A stretch of DNA of 64,000 bases from Corallochytrium limacisporum Hawaii (taxonomy: Eukaryota; Protista; Pluriformea). Within the stretch, counting starts at the first letter, position 1, and every line of letters starts with the position of its first letter. Below the pieces are notes generated by a model. It had not been told where the DNA came from. It did no database searches and saw only the letters and a list, made by a program, of their open reading frames with translations. Below, one piece after another: positions 18,382-29,056 of the stretch. The position numbers and the translations under genes were made by a program. The DNA is taken from contig PDIP01000041.1 in assembly GCA_002811645.1 (NCBI GenBank), forward strand, positions 24,688 to 88,687, given 5' to 3'.

Positions 18382-21300
18382 ATGTCGGCAAGGGATGACT
18401 TCGTCATTACGGCGGGCGCCCCTGGCCGGCTCAGTCGTAAGCCAAAGCAGGAACCAGACTCGGACGTCCAACCAGAACAGGAATCCACAAAGGAGGACCG
18501 GCTATCACAATTATCAAAGGCACAAATTTTGAAAAAGATCGAAGCCCTTGACTCTCGTATGACAAAAATTTCAGGAGAAATTGAGGATCTCGACAGGGAC
18601 TTCAAGGGAACAGAGGACGATGTTGCAGACCTAGAACTAGAGGCTGTGGAAGCAGAGGAAACCCAAATGACCGACGAGGGAGTCGATATTGCTGAAAAGA
18701 TCCTTGGTGAAAATAGCAAAAAGGCTAAGATTAGCCATGACATGATTAAGACAGCTGCCTTCCCTGTGGCTACAATTAAATTGGCTGAGATGGCAGAGTC
18801 ATACTTGTCTCCAACATGCCGGAATCACTTGCTCTTCTCCCTTTTCCGCAAGAAACGGCGTTTGGCCAAGAAGGAGGCACGTCTTCGCAGTGAATTTAAA
18901 ATATACGACGTGGCATGGAAGGCAAAAATTAAAAAAATGGAAGAAATGCACAAGCGTTCGGGAAGAGAGGCGAGAGTTGAACGGTTCCTCGACCAAGAAT
19001 TCCCTGAAATGGCAAGGCCTTCCACATCGGATCCAAGTCGACAGAGACACTGGGGGGATGCAGTTCGCAGTGAAGCAGAAATGGAACAGATTATGCAGGC
19101 CATCATGGCCGAACAGAACAAAGAGGAACGATGGGTCCGCACGCTAATAGGACCAGATCCAATGATCATGGACGAGGAAGAGAAGCAACATCAGTACTAT
19201 TCGACCTCTAACAAAGTCTCAGACCCCATGGCCATGCTGCGTATCCGCAAAAACATGAAAACATGGAGTGCGTCTGAGAAGAAAAACTTTGTGTCCAAGT
19301 ACCTTCTTTTCCCGAAAGCCTTCGGCAAGATTGCCTCTTTCCTGCCGAACAAGTCTGCATGTGACTGTGTACTCTTCTATTACAACAGTAAGAAGAAGTA
19401 CAACTACAAAAAACTTCTGCGTCAGCACCAGCTCAAGAGGCGCAGGAATGTGGACAAGGACGTCCTATCTCGTGAGTTGGCATCGCTGATCAGCGAGTCC
19501 AAATTGGATGGCGACCAACCCTCAGCTAGAGTCAAGCCTGCACGGGGACCCCCGAAGGACCGCAATCTCAAGGAAAGTGCACCTCCTGCTGTAGATGAAC
19601 AGGATATTTCGGCGACTGCTCGATGGACCGAGGATGAGATTCAGATGGCAGTAAAGTACATCGGTGACTACGGACGAAGCTGGAACAAGATTAGCCGCCT
19701 TCTCGGAACGAAAACACCAGCGCAGTGCAAGAACTTCTATCACAACTACAAGAAGAAGTACAACCTGCACCGATTAGCGAAAGGAAAGGATGCTCAAGAC
19801 TCAGATGAGGAAGCTCCGAATACTACAAAAGGAAGGAAGCCAAAGGGAAAGGAGGATGCCAAGGAGGAAAAGGCAGCTAAGCCCAAACCCAAATCCAAAG
19901 GCAAGACCAAAGAAGAGCACCGGGAAAGGTCAGAGGAGGTTGTAGAGAAGGACAAGAAGGATCGCAAGGGACAGAGCTGGTCTAAGTCTGAAAAGGAGAC
20001 GTTTGTGAGTATTCTGCGAGAGCATGGTAAAGACTGGGGCAAACTTGAAGAAGCCATCCCCATGAAAAGTCGTCCTCAGTTGCGCAACTTCTTCCAGAAC
20101 TATAAGCAGAGAATGGGTTTACAAGACATCCTTGATGAACGCCACGCCCGTCTGGAGAAAGCCAAAGCAGGACCTGTCGATGCCAGCAAAGCGACTACTG
20201 CAGAGACTCCGAATGAGTACAAAGCAGGGAAAGACAAACCTGACAAGAATCCCGTGCTCTGGGAGATTAAGGGCCCAAAGAGTGATGTCCAGGAGAAACC
20301 TAGACAGCAGCACGTGCCTCCGACAGAGGCAGCTGCGGCTGTGTCTGCCAGCCCGCGCCGTGGAGCAACCCCGCCACTGCAACAGACCCGCCCGCCGCCC
20401 CACACGGGTATGCCGCAGCCACAGCAAGCAGCTGGAAATTTGCAAAGTACGGCTGTCGGCGGGCAGCCCGTGCCTGTCCAACACACAGCGCACCAACAGG
20501 AACCACAGCATCAGCAAATGCCCTCTCAGCAGGATCTCCGGCAGCAACAAATGCCGCCTCAGCAGCAAGCCTCTCAACAGCCTTACCGTGCACAGGTGGT
20601 TCAAGGAGTGGCCTCGCAAGCTCAGCACATGCAAGGCCAGTCAGCAACCCACAGCAACCAACCCCAAATCGTAGCATACCAGGTATATCCCCAATCTGGT
20701 CACCCGCAAATTCAGAATGCTCCTCCACAGCGATATACTACCCCACCCCAGCAGCAGCAGCAGCAGCAAGGTGGATACATGCCGCAACATCATGCTCCTT
20801 CTCATCAGCAGCCGCCTCAGCACCACCCGTATCCCCCGCAGGCACCACATCAGTATCCAGGACAGCATTCTGGCGCCCCCATGCACCGGGGACCACCGCC
20901 ACCTACACAGCACCACCAGGGTTCCTACGGAAGCGGTGATAATCGTTATGGGACACCACCAATGCAGCAACACTCGAGTCACCCACAGCAGCCACAGCAG
21001 CCCCAGGCACAGCAGCAACAGTACATGCGGCAAGATCAGCAGCATATGTACTATCAGCACCAACCGCCGCCTCAACAACAGCAACCTGCCCAGTACATGA
21101 TATCTGTGCCACCCCAGAACAGCGCTCCTGTGCCGCCGCAGCAGCAGCCGCCTGTATACTATCAGACTAGGCCGCAGGCTCCACCCCAGCATCAGCATCA
21201 GCCACACTACGACCCTCGTTACGCTGGCTACCCTCCGGCCCAGGGACAGATGCACTACGGGCAGGACTATCAGCAGCAGGGGGCGTACAGACCACCACCG

Positions 21301-21390
21301 CAAGGCCAACCGCACCAACAAGGACAGCACCCTCAACAGCAGATGTATAGTAGATACCAACCGCCTCCAGACCAAAAAGGTGGTCGATAG
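18382..21390 (+). CDS. NCoR/SMRT/Snt1-like SANT-domain corepressor
   Basis: NCoR-type coiled coil (LSKAQILKKIEALD), GPS2-binding-like ILGENSKKA, RSEAEMEQI, DAD/SANT1 (FPKAFGKIASFL...FYYNSKK), two more SANT domains, and a Q/P/H/Y-rich tail. Confidence 0.85.
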   Translation: MSARDDFVITAGAPGRLSRKPKQEPDSDVQPEQESTKEDRLSQLSKAQILKKIEALDSRMTKISGEIEDLDRDFKGTEDDVADLELEAVEAEETQMTDEGVDIAEKILGENSKKAKISHDMIKTAAFPVATIKLAEMAESYLSPTCRNHLLFSLFRKKRRLAKKEARLRSEFKIYDVAWKAKIKKMEEMHKRSGREARVERFLDQEFPEMARPSTSDPSRQRHWGDAVRSEAEMEQIMQAIMAEQNKEERWVRTLIGPDPMIMDEEEKQHQYYSTSNKVSDPMAMLRIRKNMKTWSASEKKNFVSKYLLFPKAFGKIASFLPNKSACDCVLFYYNSKKKYNYKKLLRQHQLKRRRNVDKDVLSRELASLISESKLDGDQPSARVKPARGPPKDRNLKESAPPAVDEQDISATARWTEDEIQMAVKYIGDYGRSWNKISRLLGTKTPAQCKNFYHNYKKKYNLHRLAKGKDAQDSDEEAPNTTKGRKPKGKEDAKEEKAAKPKPKSKGKTKEEHRERSEEVVEKDKKDRKGQSWSKSEKETFVSILREHGKDWGKLEEAIPMKSRPQLRNFFQNYKQRMGLQDILDERHARLEKAKAGPVDASKATTAETPNEYKAGKDKPDKNPVLWEIKGPKSDVQEKPRQQHVPPTEAAAAVSASPRRGATPPLQQTRPPPHTGMPQPQQAAGNLQSTAVGGQPVPVQHTAHQQEPQHQQMPSQQDLRQQQMPPQQQASQQPYRAQVVQGVASQAQHMQGQSATHSNQPQIVAYQVYPQSGHPQIQNAPPQRYTTPPQQQQQQQGGYMPQHHAPSHQQPPQHHPYPPQAPHQYPGQHSGAPMHRGPPPPTQHHQGSYGSGDNRYGTPPMQQHSSHPQQPQQPQAQQQQYMRQDQQHMYYQHQPPPQQQQPAQYMISVPPQNSAPVPPQQQPPVYYQTRPQAPPQHQHQPHYDPRYAGYPPAQGQMHYGQDYQQQGAYRPPPQGQPHQQGQHPQQQMYSRYQPPPDQKGGR

Positions 21391-21550
21391 GAACCGACAG
21401 TAGCATGCCTGCTGCTGCAGTGAAGTGAATTTTAAAAAGTTTAAAAACTCCCACTACATTTTGTTGCGTACATTGTGAGATGTTGAGTTACTTTTCATGA
21501 TCATTATATTTTGATACCTTTGAATTGATCGAGACACTAGTTCGTTGTAC

Positions 21551-22789
21551 CTACTTTGTCAGAACCCACATACCGTCACTGGAGCGCTGACGGGCATGAC
21601 CAGCACGGCACCAATCACGCACCGCAGTAGTGACCTCTGGGGGCACCTTCTTAACACCCAAATGCTTGCACAGTGCCAATTTCATTTGCTTCGTGGTCTT
21701 AGGCTTGGAAAGAATCTGGATCATGACATTCGGGTCAAATTTGGCCCCCGACTTGGCGGTCTTAGGCTTTTTCTTTTTCTTCTCTTCCATTTGTTCCGGT
21801 GCTTTCCGCTTGGCAGGCCGTTCAACAGGTACCGGTGCAGCGGATGCCGACTTTTCTAGCGCGTTAGCATCCTCCTTTACATCCTCCTCACCGCCTTCGT
21901 CTTCATAAGCAACTTCCTCCTCCTCATCATCTTCATCTTCATCTTCATCCTCGTCTTCGTCTTCACCCGACCCTTCTCCTTTGTCTTCGTCTTCACTGAC
22001 AATCTCTCCAGTGATCGCGATATCCGCATTGTCCTTCTTTTTCTTCTCAAAGGTAGCGTTCTTAAATGCCTCCTTATCTTCCTGCAGGTCCTCGTCCTCA
22101 TCAACACTTTCCATGTCTGCATCCTCCACACTCTCGTCGTCGTCGAACTGTTCCTCAAAGTCCAATTCGTCACCTTCAGAGCGTTTGTTCGAGAATTTCC
22201 TGGATGCTCCAACCGCTAAATTGCGCACAGGTGCTGCGCCACCATTCTCATCCCGTAGCAGACCATCAATTTTCCTGTCCATGCGATCGTTCTTGCGCTC
22301 CGCCGCGTCGGCCTCACGAGCATCTGCCTCATCCTTTTCGTCCTGTATCTCCTGTAGACTCTTGGCTGGGCGTTTGAAATCGAATGCCTTCTTCACCGGA
22401 GCAACGACAATTTCGTCTGGATTTTCAGTCTGCATAAAGACGAGGTATTTCTTACCACGCTGAGCAAATGTGCCAACGTGTTTCTGTTCTCCTGCTTTAT
22501 CTTCGAGGATCCAGTTCCTCTGATCACTGTTTCGGAAGGATCTAACTTCGTCCTGGGTCATACCTCTACTACGCTTGGCCTTAATCACGCGGTTATCCTT
22601 GATAAGTGTAATCGGTTGTTCCCATTCTGGAAGGGATTTGTGTTTCTGCTCCAAAAATCTAAACAAAGTCAGGTGGCGCAGGTCTTGGTCATCTGATCTG
22701 ACAAGTCTCCATGCCTTTTCACCGTCCTGTACATCGGACAGAGGCAGTCGCTCCCTCTCGATTGCCCCGTTGTTCTGTTCACCGCTCAT
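21551..22789 (-). CDS. GTF2F1: Transcription initiation factor IIF alpha subunit (RAP74/Tfg1)
   Basis: WILED..G..HVG, YLVF..EIVVAPV..AFDF, ELDFEEQFDDDE, an acidic tract, and a C-terminal winged-helix-like segment ILSKPKTTKQM. Confidence 0.75.
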   Translation of the reverse strand: MSGEQNNGAIERERLPLSDVQDGEKAWRLVRSDDQDLRHLTLFRFLEQKHKSLPEWEQPITLIKDNRVIKAKRSRGMTQDEVRSFRNSDQRNWILEDKAGEQKHVGTFAQRGKKYLVFMQTENPDEIVVAPVKKAFDFKRPAKSLQEIQDEKDEADAREADAAERKNDRMDRKIDGLLRDENGGAAPVRNLAVGASRKFSNKRSEGDELDFEEQFDDDESVEDADMESVDEDEDLQEDKEAFKNATFEKKKKDNADIAITGEIVSEDEDKGEGSGEDEDEDEDEDEDDEEEEVAYEDEGGEEDVKEDANALEKSASAAPVPVERPAKRKAPEQMEEKKKKKPKTAKSGAKFDPNVMIQILSKPKTTKQMKLALCKHLGVKKVPPEVTTAVRDWCRAGHARQRSSDGMWVLTK

Positions 22790-23336
22790 GGCTTAGCAAT
22801 TTTCCGAAAACACATATGTCCAGGATCAAAGGTTTGTTGTGTAATTTACGAACTCTATCACCTTTTCCCAATTCTACGCTTCTTTTGTGACTCATTTATA
22901 GAGGATATAAATACCACTCGTAAATACACCTTCAAAATATGTGAAATACGTTTTGTACTTGCGATAGTCCAGTATGTTGCAACTCGAAATGCTAAATTGG
23001 CCACCGGGGCTTGCTCGCCCCTTTCCTTCCATTCTGTGTGTACTGCACGCCTGAGAGGATCAAAATTTGTGTACACCGGCAGCCCAGGGGCAGGTTCAGT
23101 GAGGGAGAACTCTGACGAGTAGTCTCGTCTGGCTGCTGCGCGCGAATGGTTTCAAAAGCGGGCAGAGAGGGCAAGGCTAGTACCCGGTCGTTCGGGGGCA
23201 TCAGTGGCAAGGTACTTGAGAGGCGGTATTAGGCTATTGAAGGCAAATGCCAGGCCGTTTCCAACACATCATTTCCAATGAGACCAAATGATATATGCTG
23301 TAGGTAATAAAGAATAACGTAACATATGCGGTGGTC

Positions 23337-24140
23337 ATGAACAGAGAAGATACGGGCTTGCTGGAGCTCGTTTCCAGCACCCAAAGAGCCCTTAAGGCAA
23401 ATCTGAGAAACGTCGCGGATATAGCGCGAAGACTGGAAAGTGAGCAGGAACGTATTCAGGGAGGCCGGCTCACAGAAGAAAAACTTAAAGAAGACATTGA
23501 GTTGCTGATGCGTCAAGGCCTTTACCTGAAAAAACTTTGTGACGGTTTTCTGGAAGACACACGGAAAAGATTAGGAGGCCAGCAAGTCAAGATGTCCGAT
23601 CTATCGCGAATTGCTTCCAATGACAGGGTTTTTCATTTCCTATCCACGGGATATCCGTTAGATCTCATCAGAACAGGACCGTGTTCTGTTATCAAGTCAC
23701 AAACGGAGACTATTTTGGACAGTCACCACCCTATTGAACTTAAGGGACAGGGAGACGTGGAATTGTCCACACCAAACTCGAATGCGGAAAGTCGCCTGAC
23801 ACCTTCGACCCAAGTGGACGGTAAAACAGTGGGGCAAGCTGAAGAGAATGGATTGCAAACACCTATTCACCAATCGTCGATTTCGCAGAAGAGATTTCCA
23901 GATTTGGAAATCAAAGACCACCAGACTCTTTCTGTCCGTGGTGTGCCACCATCCCGCAACGACCTTGAAGAGAAGGAAAATTCCTCTCCGGCGCAGTTGG
24001 ACTTGAGTCAAGGCTGTGACCGCCAGAATATGTTCTGGATCGACGGCATCGACACACCTGCTATGAAGCGCAAAGTGCTGGAAGAGAATGAAAGGAGAAA
24101 ATTTGCGAAAAGGATGAGAAAGGAATTTGACAATCGATAA
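23337..24140 (+). CDS. Hypothetical protein (N-terminal coiled coil)
   Basis: ~267-aa ORF from ATG 23337, divergent from TFIIF-alpha, with protein-like composition. No recognised family. Confidence 0.6.
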   Translation: MNREDTGLLELVSSTQRALKANLRNVADIARRLESEQERIQGGRLTEEKLKEDIELLMRQGLYLKKLCDGFLEDTRKRLGGQQVKMSDLSRIASNDRVFHFLSTGYPLDLIRTGPCSVIKSQTETILDSHHPIELKGQGDVELSTPNSNAESRLTPSTQVDGKTVGQAEENGLQTPIHQSSISQKRFPDLEIKDHQTLSVRGVPPSRNDLEEKENSSPAQLDLSQGCDRQNMFWIDGIDTPAMKRKVLEENERRKFAKRMRKEFDNR

Positions 24141-24200
24141 ACCCCTATGTATTGTAACATAACTATGATATTGGATGTGACATACGTCTTCCTCGCAAAT

Positions 24201-25958
24201 CTACTTGACCTTCCTCGCTCCTTGAGATTTGGCCTTGATTCGACCAATCAGATCGGATATATTGCTCAGTCCAGCAGCTGCATTAGGACTCTTCTGAACA
24301 GCCCCTACCTTCGATACAGGTTCCACAGGAATAGCAGTTCTGTCCTCACGGCCACCGTCAACCTTTCTGCCTGTGTCCCTGACAGGTTTAGTGGCTTTGT
24401 CACGATGCTGCACTTTGCGGAAGTCAGGTGCGGTAGGATCCATTGCAAACTTAGAACTCGTCTTTAGGGCCGCGAAACGACTGTCTTCATAGTCAGGCTC
24501 AAACTCAGCTCCATCGGATGCCTCTTCGTCGGCCAGCAGCTGCAGTGCGGGATCGACTGGTTCGGCATATTCATCCCTCTTGCCTTTCTTCTTTTTCTTG
24601 AGGCTGTCCCTCTTGCTCTCCTTTTTGGGTTTATCGTCGTCTTGGGCGAAGAAGGGATCGGCAAAGCCTAGGTCTTCATCTCCTTCGGCTCCCATGCCCT
24701 TTGCTGCTTTCTTCTTGTCCTTCTTGCGTTGCTTACGCTTCTCCAGATACTCTTCCCACACAGACTTTTCCTCGTCTCCACTACGGGCCCTGCGCTTGAT
24801 TTTGTCTTGAAGTTGCTTCTCAAGATTTGTGTCAAAGGTACTGATCATGTCGCTATGGGCCGCACCAGGGTCTTCTGCTGCAACATGTTCTGAATCGTTT
24901 TCGGCCCCAGCAGATCGAAGCAGGCCTTTGAACGCGGCAGCCCGATTGGCCGCATTTTCGTCATCCGATTCGTCTTCCGAGCTTGCAATATATGCCTTGA
25001 GATCATCATTGTGGAGATCATCGGCCGTAAACTTCCGGCGAAGGAGGTGCGCTCGCTTCGGATCGTCCTCGTCCCAACGTAGCTTGGGCTTGGAGTGACT
25101 GAGCGTGTTCAGCGCTTTGCTCCCCATCCATGCAAAGGAAGGTTCATAGCTGTCTGGCACTTCGTCAGCTTCATCCTTTAGTCGTTCCTTCTCGAACTCT
25201 ACGTCGTCTGGAACAAATCGGAGATCCAGACGATTCATGGTCAGTTCGATTTCATTCCCATCTAGAGTATCGTAGATGGATTCCGCAGTCTGCACAGTGT
25301 CACATTCCGCAATGCAGTAGTAGTATCGCAACTTAGCAGCCTCATATCGACGGATCCTTTCGTCCTGCCTGCGCTCCTTTTCTTTGGCAGCATCCTTGCC
25401 TTTCTTTGAACCGATATTTTCTAGTTCCTCCACTTCCTCCTCTTCGCTCAGGTTTAGCAACTCTTGGGGTCCAAAACGTTGTTCGTGATCGAGACGTTCC
25501 TTACCAAAGTCACTCAAATATTTTGCCACTTTATGGACCCGACTACTTACGGGAACGACGGACCTAAGAGCAGCCAGCAAGTCCACTGAAGAAATGCTCT
25601 CGAAGTCCATGTTGCAGATGGCAATGCGACGCGTTGAATGTCCGTATTTGATCTTTCCGGCTGCCATATCGTAGCCATAGACTTCTTCTTCGTCATCCTC
25701 TTCAGAGTCAATCTGATCTTCAATATCTGTGTCATACTCGTCTGAACTGGACTCAAGGGTAGCTTCTCCTCTGGCCGCATCCAGTAAGTCCACCTTTCTA
25801 CCGTACTTGTCTACGAGACCGCGATTGTTTTCCTCTTGCAAAGTCTTGAAGCGTTCATCTTCTTCTTCTCCTTCATTCAATTTCCTTTTCTTTTTCTTCC
25901 TCAGACGGAAACGTGGGTCATAGCCCACTTGTGTAAAACGAACGTCACGCTTTCCCAT
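24201..25958 (-). CDS. ESF1: Pre-rRNA processing protein ESF1
   Basis: TRRIAICNMDF, SDFGKERL..E..GP, LRYYYCIAECD, DG-EIE-T-N-LDLRFVPDD, and NUC153 motif DSRFAAL..FAMDPT-PDF. Confidence 0.92.
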   Translation of the reverse strand: MGKRDVRFTQVGYDPRFRLRKKKKRKLNEGEEEDERFKTLQEENNRGLVDKYGRKVDLLDAARGEATLESSSDEYDTDIEDQIDSEEDDEEEVYGYDMAAGKIKYGHSTRRIAICNMDFESISSVDLLAALRSVVPVSSRVHKVAKYLSDFGKERLDHEQRFGPQELLNLSEEEEVEELENIGSKKGKDAAKEKERRQDERIRRYEAAKLRYYYCIAECDTVQTAESIYDTLDGNEIELTMNRLDLRFVPDDVEFEKERLKDEADEVPDSYEPSFAWMGSKALNTLSHSKPKLRWDEDDPKRAHLLRRKFTADDLHNDDLKAYIASSEDESDDENAANRAAAFKGLLRSAGAENDSEHVAAEDPGAAHSDMISTFDTNLEKQLQDKIKRRARSGDEEKSVWEEYLEKRKQRKKDKKKAAKGMGAEGDEDLGFADPFFAQDDDKPKKESKRDSLKKKKKGKRDEYAEPVDPALQLLADEEASDGAEFEPDYEDSRFAALKTSSKFAMDPTAPDFRKVQHRDKATKPVRDTGRKVDGGREDRTAIPVEPVSKVGAVQKSPNAAAGLSNISDLIGRIKAKSQGARKVK

Positions 25959-26330
25959 GGTGGTGAAGTGTTTCTATCTGAGTCCCTTCCTTCTAGGATC
26001 TGATGCCCTACGGCCTTTCTAAGTAGTCACATCCAATTTTCTTTCTGTTAGTAGTTGGTCCCTCACAATGAGTCCATAGTGAGAAAAGTCTCTATGTGTA
26101 TTCGTTGTCGTCCGTTATTAAGTAGCACGAAGGACTCCTTCATGACATACTCAAAGCCCACACGTCCATCGACGTCACCCACATTCCCCACCGCTTCGGA
26201 AAAGCACGCGGGGGAAACCTTCTGTCCGCACCGGCGCTGCACAAGCTCTGTTATTGATTAAAGCAAATAAATTGATCGATATTGGCGTGGACCACCTCTT
26301 GACCCCCCCCCACTAAAAATGGGAGACTGA

Positions 26331-26880
26331 GGAGAATACAAACAGCACCGTATCCCCAGACTCCATAAGCTGGCACCGCCGTTCAAATATCTGGATGCCT
26401 CCATGAACGGACACGTGAAGGCTTTGGCATTCGTGACACACTTCAATAGCCTCAGATCACTGAATGAATCACATTGCGGGATCAGGGACCCCCATGTCTT
26501 GACTAAGTCTTGAACGCCATGCCAGCCGTACAGAGTGTGTCATTGGCGGGCAATCCCGTCCGCTTCCTAAACTTGATCAATTGCAAGCGACGTGAGTCTC
26601 TCCGGCTCTTGGACGTGAGCTGTACCCTTCTTTCTGCCCTTCCCATTGCACCCGGGGATGTGGCTACAAAGTTGAAAGAACTGACTATTGAGAACTGTTC
26701 TCTAATCACAGACTCGTCTGAGCCAGATCTCAACAAAGGAGACATTTCTCCCTTACAGTATTTTTGCTGGCAATCGATACGAAGGACCGAATCGGGAGGC
26801 CTACCACACCGAGGCTATACGGCAATTTGAGGAGCTTTACAGTCCATATCCCATCTCCCCAAAGCATTTGAGAAGTTGCA
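26331..26880 (+). pseudogene. Frameshifted leucine-rich-repeat gene relic
   Basis: Frame A reads ...FKYLDASMNGHVKALAFVTHFNSLRSLNESHCGIRD... to TGA 26511. The -1 frame continues LNAMPAVQSVSLAGNPV...SLRLLDVSCTLL...KLKELTIENCSLIT. Repeated LxxLxLxxN/C units. Confidence 0.65.
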
Positions 26881-27204
26881 GTTACTGAAGCAGCGCTTTG
26901 ACCAGCGCTCCCAGTGGGGCGCCTGCAATATCTGCGGTATCCCGAAGCCAGCGCAGGAGATTCGCATGATAATGGCTTCATAACCAAACCATGAGAGTTT
27001 GCCTTTCTCAAGAATGGTTTGCGGAGGTAGGAACTGTTTCTACCATATCTTGTAACTTGTGTTATAATTCTGATCATGAGAAAGCTATGAAACACTATTT
27101 CTTTAAAGGTAAACATACTGTGTTAACGTGATCAATATCGGTTATCCCCGTGACTCCCACAGACAGGAGGCTGCCTATCACCACTCCCAGCAGGTAACAA
27201 ACGA

Positions 27205-27621
27205 TTATCTCCCCTTCTCATTGGCCCTGCGTCGGATCATGCCACCACGGCCTCCACGGCGCGTTCCCTTTCCTCCACGACCGCGTCTGTTCCGAAACTT
27301 TCTCCCACCAGCTTGGAAACCAGCGCCAGTCCGATTCGGGGGTCCAGCTGAGAAGACCAGCCGACATGCACTGCGCACTCCATCAATCTGGGCACCGTTA
27401 AGATAGTCACAGGCCTGCTCGGCTGCCTCAAGGTCTGCAAAAACCACAAAGGCTCTCCCCATGGACTTCCCCGACACCTTGTCGTGAATCAATTCTACCT
27501 TGAGCACCTTGCCATAATTGTTCACGATTTCCTCGATGTGATCTGATGTGACATTGGCAGACAATCCACTAATCAACACTTTCTTTGACGTCAACGGCGA
27601 GGGTGACCGGGATCTTAACAT
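27205..27621 (-). CDS. RNPS1: RNPS1-like RRM protein (short)
   Basis: ATG 27621. RRM KVLISGLSANVTSDHIEEI..YGKV...GRAFVVF...A..YLNGAQIDG is typical of RNPS1/SR45. Short RSRSPSP head and RGG tail. Confidence 0.72.
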   Translation of the reverse strand: MLRSRSPSPLTSKKVLISGLSANVTSDHIEEIVNNYGKVLKVELIHDKVSGKSMGRAFVVFADLEAAEQACDYLNGAQIDGVRSACRLVFSAGPPNRTGAGFQAGGRKFRNRRGRGGKGTRRGGRGGMIRRRANEKGR

Positions 27622-28271
27622 TGTGCTTAGTTTTGCTACGAACACTCAGATCACATCTTTCCAATATTGGGCTCACTTGATGGATTGTATCCAGCTAATA
27701 TATCACAAAATGTCACGTTATTTGAATCTCTATGCACTATACCTAAAAACAGTCTCTTGTGGTCGTTAGATACCAGGTTCACGCATCTTTGACCAAATGG
27801 AAACCTTTGGTGTCCTTTCTACGGCTCGCTGGCATCGCCCCTTCTAGTACACTGATTTCTGCCCTCCTCCCCTGCGGGAGCGCCCCAATACATTTTCTAC
27901 GCAGACTGTGCTGGGGTGCCCAACCCCGCCGGCCTGCAAACAGCCCCAATTCGCCGGGTCGGGTTGAGTCCGCAGGGGGTGCCCTTCCCCGACACATGGC
28001 ATCTCCCCCGGGCTGGTGGGCTCAGTGCCTCATTTTTCAACTTGTAGCGGAAACTGTATTTCCGTCATCATCAAGGGTGTGTTCTTTTTCCTTCGCATGT
28101 TTCAATGCGCAGCGTTTTGGTATTTCATGAATTAGCATTGAAGCATGCTACAGGCATTTTGCGATGGAATCAGCAAAAAAGGAAGGTTGTAGGAAGAAAT
28201 CGTGATAGGTTACAAACATACGCACATACATAGACTAGCGCGATAGCAACATACAGATACACACATTCAAC

Positions 28272-28928
28272 ATGCTCACGCGAATAGGATCGCGTTTTCG
28301 CATGGTGTCCTCACCGTTGTTCCAAAGTAAGATTTTGCAAACCAGATCCATGGCCTCGCAGGCAGCATTACCCTTCCTGCTGCCCCAGGATAGCAAAGAT
28401 CGCCTACGATTCGCGCTCATGGGAAAGTCTTCTCCTAGTACACCATTCTTGGCCGACACCAAGAAACAAGAGCCCGTACCTACGGATCCTCATGCCTTCC
28501 TGCGCCGTGCAGTTGAGAACATCCAGACAACCAATGCGAAGCATTCATTTGCCGTGATCTACCTGCAGTCACACCAGTACAAAGTGACGGAAGGAGACAC
28601 CATCATTGTACCACGCATTCCCATTGAGCTTGGAGAGGCTATTCGTGCAGATAAAGTTCTCTTGGCAGGTGGTAAGACTTTCAGTATGATTGGGAGGCCT
28701 TTCCTTAGCACACAGAATGTTGTGGTGTACCTGCGCTGCATTGAACACATGCGCGAAGCTAACAAAATTAGCTTCAAGATGACTCGACGTAGCGGGCGGA
28801 GTAGGAGGCGGCACGGGCATCGGCAAGATCTAAGTGCTTTGAAGGTGGAACGGATTGTCATCAATGCAGAGCGAGTCCAGCTGGCGAACAGTCCCAAGAC
28901 TGTGCAGGAGAGTGCATTTGAATCCTAA
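28272..28928 (+). CDS. MRPL21: Mitochondrial ribosomal protein L21 (bL21m)
   Basis: Arg/Ser-rich presequence; FAVI....QYKVT-GD, DKVLL-G..FS-IGRP, K-RR..R..GHRQ. Confidence 0.92.
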   Translation: MLTRIGSRFRMVSSPLFQSKILQTRSMASQAALPFLLPQDSKDRLRFALMGKSSPSTPFLADTKKQEPVPTDPHAFLRRAVENIQTTNAKHSFAVIYLQSHQYKVTEGDTIIVPRIPIELGEAIRADKVLLAGGKTFSMIGRPFLSTQNVVVYLRCIEHMREANKISFKMTRRSGRSRRRHGHRQDLSALKVERIVINAERVQLANSPKTVQESAFES

Positions 28929-29056
28929 GTGTTACGGCAACTAACATGTGTTTTTAGCATAACTATATTCCAACATCTCTATATCCATAATAAAACTCTG
29001 ACATATATATGTGGGCATATTCAAAAGATTTTGCCCATGATTAATAGATACCAGCA

